Part shown: positions 56,648-64,000 of the stretch, in pieces
Layout of the letters: each line of letters starts with the position of its first letter
Position numbering within the stretch: the stretch's first letter is position 1
Assembly: GCA_030550395.1 (NCBI GenBank)
Contig: JAUQPL010000010.1
Span: 12-64,011 of the forward strand
Origin: Bacteroidota bacterium
Lineage (GTDB): Bacteria; Bacteroidota; Ignavibacteria; Kapaibacteriales; HRBIN21
Reading direction: 5' to 3'
Length of the DNA stretch: 64,000 nucleotides
Position numbers and translations under genes: made by a program
Notes under the pieces: generated by a model
What the model was told of the DNA's origin: nothing
Databases searched by the model: none
The model's input: only the letters and a program-made list of their open reading frames with translations

Positions 56648-59481
56648 GCAACTGCTGGAATCTGCTTGTTGGATTCTTCGTCCTCGCCCTGGCGCTCTGG
56701 TCCCAACAGAAGGGGACCCTTGTCGGACGCATAGTGGATGCTGCAACGGGTGCGCCACTCCGCTCGGTCACCGTGCGGTTAGTCGGCACTACCTACGGTA
56801 CCATTACCGCGCCGGACGGAAGCTTTACCTTGCGGAATCTTCCTCCAGGAACATACGTCTTGGAAGCTACCCTCCTGGGCTACAAAGCACTCCGGCAAAG
56901 CGATGTTCGGCTCCGCCCTGGGGATACCATCCACCTTACACTGCGGCTGGAGGAAACTACTCTTACCTTAGGCCAAGAGGTGGTCGTGATCGGGGAGCGC
57001 CCGTTGGTAGATGTGGAACAAACGCAGTCTCTGCGAGCCATTGGACAGCAGCAGTTAGAACACTCTGCCGCCCCGACAGTCGTAGACGCACTGATTCAGC
57101 AGACGGGTGTACTGCTGCAAGACAACACACTCCACATCCGTGGAGGACGGGGATATGAGCTGGCTCAGTTGGTGGATGGGATTCCGGTGCAGGATCCACT
57201 GGCTGGTTCTGGCTTCGGACTGACGCTTTCCCCGGAGGCTGTCCAAGAAATTGAGCTCATCAGCAATGGTTTCGCAGCTGAATACGGACAGGCAACCTCC
57301 GGTGTCCTCAACATCCGCACAGCAGAGCCCAGCCGTTCACCCCGACTCCGCCTCTATTACCGTCCAGAATGGCGCTTGCACCGACGGAATCCATACGACC
57401 GTGACACAGGAAGCATTGAACAGACAGACCGCTTCAGCCTCAGCTTCAGCGGACCCGAACCAATGACTACCTGGGCATTGCCGGCGCTGGGGATACGCTT
57501 ACCGGGACAGCTTGGTCTAGTGCTGACAGCCGACGGGACCTTCTCCGATGGCATAGTTCCAGAATTTGCCCGCGTGCGCCTACGCTCCTCTTTCCTTCCT
57601 GCATGGCTTGCCCAACGTCAAGATAACAGCATCTCCACCTTCCTCAAACTCAGCTGGCAACTCACCCCCGCCACCCGCCTACTCTACGTCAACGCCCGGA
57701 GTATGGCGCTTAACCAGAACACGCGCACAATACAGACCACGCTTGAATACCTTCCCCCTGACCCAGGCTATCAGTACCAATTTCAAGGTCACTTTGACGG
57801 CGCCCTTACCTTCTCTACCCTCCAACAGCTTCACCTGCTTGCATGGCAACAAAGTCTTGGTCCCCGTCTCTACTACGAACTCCGGCTGGGCTACACCGGC
57901 TGGCGAGTCCGCGCCGACGCCAATGGACGGGATTATACACAGTACAGCGAACCCCAGGACATTCCAACCCTGCCGCCCCAGTACTACGACACGGGTGATT
58001 CCAACCGCACGGGGATCATCCCCGGAGATGGATTCTACGATATCGGCACAGCTTGGAGCTGGCGCGAGCACTTTGCCCGTGAGCTTACGTTCAAGATGGA
58101 CCTTACAGCATTCCTGGCGGAAAAAAATCAAGTCAAAACAGGCACGGAACTCCGACTGCAGCAACTCCAATACTGCGAAATCTTTGCCCCATGGATACCC
58201 CCCTTGGGATTGAATAACGACGCCTTCTCCGTCCGCCCCCGCCTCTTGACCCTCTATGCTCAACACCAACTAACACACAAAGGTTTGGTCCTACACTACG
58301 GGCTGCGCGCCGAGGCATGGGCACCAGGACGGCTGGTCGATGAAGCTATCGCTCAGCCTGACCATCCCACGATCACGGAGGAACAGCGGCAGTCGTATCG
58401 TTCCCGTACCTTCCCCGCCCTTGGACTTCGCTGGAAACTCCGCCTCCAACCTCGGCTCGGCATCGCACATCCGATCACCCCTACACAGATGCTCTATTTC
58501 AACTACGGACACTTTGCAAAACTCCCTCGTCCACAGCACGTCTACGCAAAGCTTTTGCCCCAAGCGGCTCGCTCTTCATACCAGCGTTTTGGCAACCCCG
58601 ATCTGAATCCGGAGACCAGTATTGCGTATGAACTGGGTCTGCGGAACCAGCTCACCACGGATGATATCCTTACCGTTGCCCTCTTCTACCGGGATATCTT
58701 CGGATACGTACAAACCCGTCCTGCTCGAACCCACAATCCACGCTTCGTGGGCGGAAGCTTCATTACCTACGTCAATGCCGACTATGCTCGTGCCCGTGGG
58801 ATAGAAGTAGAGTACCGCAAACGCGCAGGACAATGGTTGGAAATCAGTGCGGCTGTCAGCTATAGCTCCGTTACCGGCAAGAGCAGTTCTGCCGACCAAG
58901 GGTTACTCATTGCCCGCGGTCTGGTCCCTGACCGACTTACAGAAGACCCCATGCCATGGGACCGTCCATGGGATTTCCAGCTCAATTTCTGGCTTCAAGT
59001 TCCCAAAGGCTCTGCTCCCCTGGGGCTTTCCTTCCTAGAACAATGGCGCCTATGGACCCGTTTTGTCCTCCGTTCTGGACGGCGGTACACACCAGCAGTC
59101 CCTGTCATTGATCCCGTAACCGGACAGCAACGCCGCCTACCTAATGGACGTCCACTTTACGAGCTGGACCAGAATCGCCCATACAGTGCCCTGGCTCAAA
59201 GTTACCGATGGTGGGAACTCGCCCTCAGCCGCGACATCCGATGGGCAAGTATGACACTCCGCCTTCGGTTAGAGCTGCTGAATCCATTCGATTGGAAAAA
59301 CCCCGCTATCGTCAATCCTGTTACCGGACGTGCCTATGAATACGGCGATCCCACGCCGGTAAGCTGGAATGACCCCCTCTACCCTGACATCCAAGCCCCA
59401 TTGGACCCGTATCCTTTTAACCCCGCCCGATACGAACAACGGCGCAGTGTACGTCTTGGTATCGAAGTCCTGTGGGAATAA
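56644..59481 (+). CDS. TonB-dependent receptor with N-terminal carboxypeptidase-regulatory-like domain
   Basis: Signal peptide. CarbopepD_reg (GRIVDAATGAPLRSVTVRLVGT...APDGSFTLRNLPPGTYVLEA). Plug domain (TonB box-like, ..GFAAEYGQATSGVLNI). Beta-barrel of about 700 aa. Confidence 0.85.
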   Translation: MSNCWNLLVGFFVLALALWSQQKGTLVGRIVDAATGAPLRSVTVRLVGTTYGTITAPDGSFTLRNLPPGTYVLEATLLGYKALRQSDVRLRPGDTIHLTLRLEETTLTLGQEVVVIGERPLVDVEQTQSLRAIGQQQLEHSAAPTVVDALIQQTGVLLQDNTLHIRGGRGYELAQLVDGIPVQDPLAGSGFGLTLSPEAVQEIELISNGFAAEYGQATSGVLNIRTAEPSRSPRLRLYYRPEWRLHRRNPYDRDTGSIEQTDRFSLSFSGPEPMTTWALPALGIRLPGQLGLVLTADGTFSDGIVPEFARVRLRSSFLPAWLAQRQDNSISTFLKLSWQLTPATRLLYVNARSMALNQNTRTIQTTLEYLPPDPGYQYQFQGHFDGALTFSTLQQLHLLAWQQSLGPRLYYELRLGYTGWRVRADANGRDYTQYSEPQDIPTLPPQYYDTGDSNRTGIIPGDGFYDIGTAWSWREHFARELTFKMDLTAFLAEKNQVKTGTELRLQQLQYCEIFAPWIPPLGLNNDAFSVRPRLLTLYAQHQLTHKGLVLHYGLRAEAWAPGRLVDEAIAQPDHPTITEEQRQSYRSRTFPALGLRWKLRLQPRLGIAHPITPTQMLYFNYGHFAKLPRPQHVYAKLLPQAARSSYQRFGNPDLNPETSIAYELGLRNQLTTDDILTVALFYRDIFGYVQTRPARTHNPRFVGGSFITYVNADYARARGIEVEYRKRAGQWLEISAAVSYSSVTGKSSSADQGLLIARGLVPDRLTEDPMPWDRPWDFQLNFWLQVPKGSAPLGLSFLEQWRLWTRFVLRSGRRYTPAVPVIDPVTGQQRRLPNGRPLYELDQNRPYSALAQSYRWWELALSRDIRWASMTLRLRLELLNPFDWKNPAIVNPVTGRAYEYGDPTPVSWNDPLYPDIQAPLDPYPFNPARYEQRRSVRLGIEVLWE

Positions 59482-59493
59482 GCAAAACGGCGG

Positions 59494-59685
59494 ATGATGC
59501 CTTCACCATGGCGTTCGGCAATGTGGTTCAGCATTGGCGCAAACTGGATTAGCGCCGTCAGCTTCCTGATCGCCTATGCACTATCGGCAAACATATGGCT
59601 ACTGATTCCCAGCGGGATTTTCGCTGTAGCCGGAGTTGTGCTCTTGCTCGTCTGGCAACATTTGGGGAAAAGGCTCACAGAGTGA
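59494..59685 (+). CDS. hypothetical small membrane protein (63 aa, 2 TM)
   Basis: ORF track. Two hydrophobic helices. No homology recognised. Confidence 0.3.
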   Translation: MMPSPWRSAMWFSIGANWISAVSFLIAYALSANIWLLIPSGIFAVAGVVLLLVWQHLGKRLTE

Positions 59686-59695
59686 GACGGCGCCC

Positions 59696-60907
59696 ATGGA
59701 GTTCTACCCCCTCCGCTCAAATCTGCAATGGACCCTCTGGACAGAGGAAGATGAAGCGGTGTTGATCGCCCAGGACCCGTTGGAGTACACACCGGAGCCA
59801 TTTGCCGTGTCACTGGAAGCATATCCGGTTATTGAAGCTCTTGCTGAAAGCCGCTCGTGGAGCGAGTTCTGGCAGAAGTTACATGTCCATGGGATTCCCC
59901 ATTCAGCCTCTGAGCGAACCCAATTACAACGCTTCGTGGCTCAGCTGGACGAACACTACGCTCTCCTTAGCCCTCGCTTTGCGCAACGCCGGCGGAGTTG
60001 GGAAGCTGAGTACCGAAGCCTTCCCATCCGCACAGCAGCATTGGCGGGAACTTGCTATCCCGATCAGGAATCGGAACTACGACACCACCTTGAAACCAGC
60101 CTTGACAGTGCTCCCGAAGCGGATCTTCCCACAACCGCCCCTGTTGCCGCCGTTATTCCCCATATTGACCTCCGCGTAGGAATGAGCAGCTACGCGGCCG
60201 CCTATCGGATCCTGCGGGAGTTTTCGCCTGAGCTCATTGTACTGATAGGGACTTCGCACTATGGCTGGCATGCTCCATACATCGTAACGGAGAAGGATTT
60301 CCAGACCCCCTTGGGAACTCTTCCCACGGTCCGCCAATTGGTCCGCCAGCTCTGCCAAGCCTGCCCAGAAGTAGTGACCGATGTTGATATTGCCCACAAG
60401 CCCGAACATTCGCTGGAGTTCCACGCTGTGTTCCTCCAACACATCTTCGGTAACCAGGTAGAAGTTCTCCCCATTCTGGCAACTTCCTTTGGGAAATATG
60501 TGCTTTCTGGTCGCCCCCCTGCTTCCGACTCATCCTTGCGCCATTTCTTCCAAACCCTCCGGGAACTCGTCCTCCGTTCCGGTCGGCGTACCCTTTGGAT
60601 TGCCAGCGCTGACATGTCCCACATTGGGCGAAAATTCGGCGATACTAGCGACGCCCGCATTTTGCTCCCCTCTGCCGAACAGCATGATCGTTCCCTGTTA
60701 GAGGCTATGTGTCGCTCTGATGCCGAGACCTATTTCCGCCTCATCGCCGACGTCGGCGACCAGTACCGCATCTGCGGTCTACCGCCCGTGTACACGCTGT
60801 TGGCAACCCTGCAGCCTCGCCAGGGGGTTCTCCTAGACTACCAACAGTGGTACGAGGCCGAAACCCAGTCCTCCGTTACCTTCGCTAGCCTTCTCTACTA
60901 CCCATAG
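59696..60907 (+). CDS. MEMO1-family protein (AmmeMemoRadiSam system protein B-like) with N-terminal extension of about 110 aa
   Basis: Memo core from ..AGTCYPD through [17 protein letters not shown] and [13 protein letters not shown] motifs. The N-terminal 110 aa are unassigned. Confidence 0.7.
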   Translation: MEFYPLRSNLQWTLWTEEDEAVLIAQDPLEYTPEPFAVSLEAYPVIEALAESRSWSEFWQKLHVHGIPHSASERTQLQRFVAQLDEHYALLSPRFAQRRRSWEAEYRSLPIRTAALAGTCYPDQESELRHHLETSLDSAPEADLPTTAPVAAVIPHIDLRVGMSSYAAAYRILREFSPELIVLIGTSHYGWHAPYIVTEKDFQTPLGTLPTVRQLVRQLCQACPEVVTDVDIAHKPEHSLEFHAVFLQHIFGNQVEVLPILATSFGKYVLSGRPPASDSSLRHFFQTLRELVLRSGRRTLWIASADMSHIGRKFGDTSDARILLPSAEQHDRSLLEAMCRSDAETYFRLIADVGDQYRICGLPPVYTLLATLQPRQGVLLDYQQWYEAETQSSVTFASLLYYP

Positions 60908-60918
60908 TAGCAGAGCAA

Positions 60919-61344
60919 ATGGCCATGAAGAGCTATCGCAAAGAGCTGTGGTTCCATACGCCAACGCGACGCGCCTTCATCAATATTACGCCCCTGGTGG
61001 AAGAGTGTCTCCGCGAAAGTGGCATCCGAGAAGGTCTTGTGCTCTGTAATGCCATGCACATCACTGCGAGCGTCTTCATCAACGACGATGAGCCGGGTCT
61101 TCATGCAGACTTTGAGGCATGGCTTGAACGCCTTGCTCCTGAACACCCCCACTCACAGTACCGCCACAACGATACAGGCGAAGACAACGCTGACGCTCAT
61201 CTGAAGCGCACTCTTATGGGACGGGAAGTTGTCATCGCTGTTACCAACGGACGCTTAGACCTGGGTCCATGGGAGCAAATCTTCTATGGTGAGTTTGACG
61301 GGCAGCGTCCAAAGAGGGTTTTGGTCAAAATCATTGGCCAGTGA
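60919..61344 (+). CDS. YjbQ/UPF0047-family protein (secondary thiamine-phosphate synthase-like)
   Basis: [14 protein letters not shown] and HLKRTLMG motifs of the YjbQ family. 141 aa. Confidence 0.8.
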   Translation: MAMKSYRKELWFHTPTRRAFINITPLVEECLRESGIREGLVLCNAMHITASVFINDDEPGLHADFEAWLERLAPEHPHSQYRHNDTGEDNADAHLKRTLMGREVVIAVTNGRLDLGPWEQIFYGEFDGQRPKRVLVKIIGQ

Positions 61345-62060
61345 TGACTTTGCACGATGGTGTATGGCTATCCTGGAGTGGCGGGAAGGATAGCGCATTA
61401 GCGTTACTCTCCCTCCGGCGACAAGGAATTCCCGTGGCTGGACTGCTCAGTACTGTCGTTGGTTCCCCTCCTGTCGTTCCTTTTCACGGTATTCCTCTTG
61501 CTACGCTCCGGCAGCAAGCTCAGGCATTAGAGCTCCCACTCTGGACGCTCCGTTTCCCTCAACCGCCCTCAGATCTCTTGTACGCACACCGCCTGCGCCA
61601 ATTACTCCGTCGCCTCCGCTGTCGTGCCCTTGCCTTCGGAGACATCTTCTTGGAAGATGTGCGACGCTACCGGGAAAGAACACTTGAGGGACTCCCCATC
61701 CATCTGCTTTTCCCACTGTGGCAGCGTCCTAGCACGGAACTAGCAGCCGACATCCTGCGCAGCAGGATACACGCCATCCTTACCAGCGTTGATGCACGTC
61801 TCCTTAATCCCTCCTGGCTTGGACGCCCCTACGACGAAACTTTCCTCCATTCGCTTCCCCCAGAGGTAGATCCTTGCGGCGAACGCGGCGAATTCCACAC
61901 CTGCATTCTGTACATGCCTGGATTCCGCTTTGCCCTCATCCCCTTTCGGAAAGCAATGACAACATGGGCAGACCACTGGCATGTCCTGCTTATCCGCACT
62001 CGGCAGCAAACAAAATCACAGCAGGGAACCCATGTCGCAACTACTCATCTCCGTCCATAG
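61341..62060 (+). CDS. PP-loop ATP pyrophosphatase of the Dph6/MJ0570-like (DUF71) family
   Basis: [10 protein letters not shown]-loop at the N-terminus. Start overlaps the yjbQ stop (ATGA). Confidence 0.65.
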   Translation: MMTLHDGVWLSWSGGKDSALALLSLRRQGIPVAGLLSTVVGSPPVVPFHGIPLATLRQQAQALELPLWTLRFPQPPSDLLYAHRLRQLLRRLRCRALAFGDIFLEDVRRYRERTLEGLPIHLLFPLWQRPSTELAADILRSRIHAILTSVDARLLNPSWLGRPYDETFLHSLPPEVDPCGERGEFHTCILYMPGFRFALIPFRKAMTTWADHWHVLLIRTRQQTKSQQGTHVATTHLRP

Positions 62061-62472
62061 AGCCGGTCTTCAGCGCCTTCCAATAGCCCAGCGCACGCTG
62101 CGTGAAGCTGTCCGTTTCGTTCTCCACCATGAAGGGATCCGTTCAGCAACCATCCGGATCATCATCGCCGATGATCACACAATCCGTACTCTCAACCAAC
62201 GGTATTTGTCTCACGACTACCCCACGGATGTCCTGACGTTTGTCTTAGGGACCGAGCCGTTGGAGGTAGAAATCTATATTGGCGGCGAGCAAGCGCGTCG
62301 CCAAGCTGCTGAATACGGTGTCCCCATAGCCGAAGAATTTCTCCGACTTAGCATCCACGGAGTTCTCCATGCGCTCGGTTACGATGACCAAACGCCGACA
62401 CAACGCCGAGCGATGGAGGCGCGGCAAGAGGATTACGTTCTCCGTCTCCGCTCCTGGCTCCAGCAGAAATAG
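62032..62472 (+). CDS. ybeY: rRNA maturation endoribonuclease YbeY
   Basis: HGVLHALGYDD metal-binding motif (H-x-x-x-H-x-x-x-x-x-H context). 146 aa. Confidence 0.8.
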   Translation: MSQLLISVHRAGLQRLPIAQRTLREAVRFVLHHEGIRSATIRIIIADDHTIRTLNQRYLSHDYPTDVLTFVLGTEPLEVEIYIGGEQARRQAAEYGVPIAEEFLRLSIHGVLHALGYDDQTPTQRRAMEARQEDYVLRLRSWLQQK

Positions 62473-62824
62473 AACCACTGACGCCGCGCAAATGCCTTCT
62501 GGGTTCAATTGTAGGCTGGCTTGCTGAAACCTTAGATAATCCACACGTGATACGCAATCATCGCCATTTTGCTGTCCGCAGTATGAATCGGCTCACCCGG
62601 TTAGGGTTCTCCCCTGATGAGACTCCACATCCCATAACCTCCCTCTTCCGCCGTCCCCGCAATCATCCAACCTGTTTCTGTCCCTTCCCAGCAAGCTAAC
62701 CATTCTCCGAAGATGCCCTTCAACGCTTGATGTCCATGCATTCTCGCTGGAACGGTTGCTAACCCATCGCGGAAGATTGGATACCCGTCGCACTGGACAA
62801 TATCCTCCACGAGTCCTTCCCTAC

Positions 62825-63892
62825 CTAATCCCGAGCTCGTTCAATGAGCCTACCTCCTCCGGGAAGAGACGCCGCCTCGGAAAAGAGCTCTCCATACCCT
62901 TTCCAGAGCTGCTGTACTGCCCCCTGGACGTGCACAACCGGAATTGCCGTAACAGCATCCGGAGGAGCCCCTGGAGGCGGGACCAGAACAATCGCCCGCT
63001 CTGTATACGGTCCCCAGCGCCGAGGATGGTGGGCGGGTAGACGGGAGTATAGCCCCACCACTGCCTTCCCCAAAGCAGCCGCAATGTGGAGCACCCCCGT
63101 CGAATTTGCAACAACAACACGAGCCTCGGCTACCAAGGCAATCAACTCCTCTGTGCTCAAAACCCCAAACAGCAACCGTGCCCGAGGATAGAACCGTTGG
63201 ATACGCTCCGCTATAGGGCGCTCCTCCCCCGTACCTGTAAACACGCACGGTATCCCACCTACTTCCAGCCGCTCGGCGAGTTGAGCAAAAGACTCCGGCT
63301 TCCACCGCGGAGCAGACCCCCTCCCCCCAGGATGCAAGAGGACAAAACCTTCCGTCGTCACCCCACACCTATATATTAGCTCTTGCACTCGCTGTCGTGC
63401 AGTTTCAGGCACCACAGGCGGTAATAGGGATACCGGCATTTCCCTCACACCAGCAGCGAGAGTAATCATACGCACATTATACTCTGCCTCATGCCGCTCT
63501 GCCGTACGCCGGTGCTCGTAAATCCGATGCGTGAACAGAAATGAATACCACCGATATCCACTCCCTATCCGATACGGTATCCCTGTCCACCACGCCACCG
63601 CTACTTCCCTGAAGTCAGGGCGCGGAAAGAAAAGAATTTCAGGCTTCCATTTGCGCAACTGTTGCCGAAGTGTAGTCCGGTCCTGCACAAAAACTGCTGT
63701 CATCCCCGGCTGCCCCTGGAGAAGAGCATACACCCGAGGATGAGCAAAGAGCAGAACATGGACATCTGCCCGCAGCCGGCGAAGTGCTGCTACCATCGGC
63801 AGAGTCAATACCATATCGCCAAGATGGTCGGTCCGGACAATCCCGACGGAGTGAGCTTGCCAAAACGCTGTACGTAATGACTCCCACTTCAT
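62825..63892 (-). CDS. glycosyltransferase family 9 (LPS heptosyltransferase-like)
   Basis: GT9 pattern: N-terminal ..GIVRTDHLGDMVLTLP.. and C-terminal GTGEE...ANSTGVLHIAAALGKAVVGLY. Confidence 0.75.
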   Translation of the reverse strand: MKWESLRTAFWQAHSVGIVRTDHLGDMVLTLPMVAALRRLRADVHVLLFAHPRVYALLQGQPGMTAVFVQDRTTLRQQLRKWKPEILFFPRPDFREVAVAWWTGIPYRIGSGYRWYSFLFTHRIYEHRRTAERHEAEYNVRMITLAAGVREMPVSLLPPVVPETARQRVQELIYRCGVTTEGFVLLHPGGRGSAPRWKPESFAQLAERLEVGGIPCVFTGTGEERPIAERIQRFYPRARLLFGVLSTEELIALVAEARVVVANSTGVLHIAAALGKAVVGLYSRLPAHHPRRWGPYTERAIVLVPPPGAPPDAVTAIPVVHVQGAVQQLWKGYGELFSEAASLPGGGRLIERARD

Positions 63893-63956
63893 CCCCCAGG
63901 CTCTGCACCCATGATGGTGTAAAGCTTACCGACACTAAAATTCACCTCTGTCTTCC

Positions 63957-64000
63957 AGACAAACAAAAAACCGGCGGCTGTCTGGGTAGACCGCCGCCGG
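63957..64000 (-). terminator. rho-independent terminator (8-bp GC stem CCGGCGGC/GCCGCCGG, 14-nt loop, then TTTTTTGTTTG on the minus strand) at the window edge
   Basis: Hairpin at 63971-64000 is followed on the minus strand by a T-tract (63961-63970). It would terminate a minus-strand gene lying beyond position 64000. Confidence 0.5.

Noticed and set aside
1-64000. CRISPR arrays, IS elements, integrases, prophage or toxin-antitoxin genes
   Set aside because: No direct-repeat arrays, terminal inverted repeats, transposase, integrase, phage-like ORFs or TA-like small gene pairs were found. The window appears to be core chromosome.

Overview
This window reads as a gene-dense chromosomal segment of about 60% GC from an FCB-group (Bacteroidota/Rhodothermota-like) bacterium. 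The lineage call rests on four secreted proteins ending in T9SS C-terminal sorting domains, a CarbopepD_reg-type TonB-dependent receptor, and a TAnnTTTG -7 promoter box recurring 25-35 nt upstream of at least seven start codons, combined with clear Shine-Dalgarno sites. Most genes are housekeeping; the product calls below come from recognising conserved sequence motifs by eye. No rRNA, tRNA, CRISPR, transposase, integrase or phage gene was seen. Several features deserve a second look. (1) A formate/nitrite-transporter gene, a CuA subunit II, a heme-copper subunit I and a Sco chaperone form one cluster. Subunit I keeps all six canonical His ligands, but the cross-linked Tyr of oxygen reductases is replaced by Asn-Glu (GHTLVNE), which is the hallmark of B-family-derived nitric-oxide-reductase-like enzymes. 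A perfect palindromic operator overlaps its promoter. (2) An orphan AddB-like PD-(D/E)XK/Fe-S nuclease with no AddA partner is translationally coupled (ATGA overlaps) to a LonC-type protease that has a degenerate Walker A (GTGR), and then to rpe. (3) A clpB gene is cut off in the M-domain at codon 443 and abuts murQ. (4) An atypical System-I cytochrome c maturation cluster has a CXXXY-type CcmE, a second tail-less CcmE paralog, a CcmC with an N-terminal extension of about 180 aa, and no ccmAB/GH in the window.
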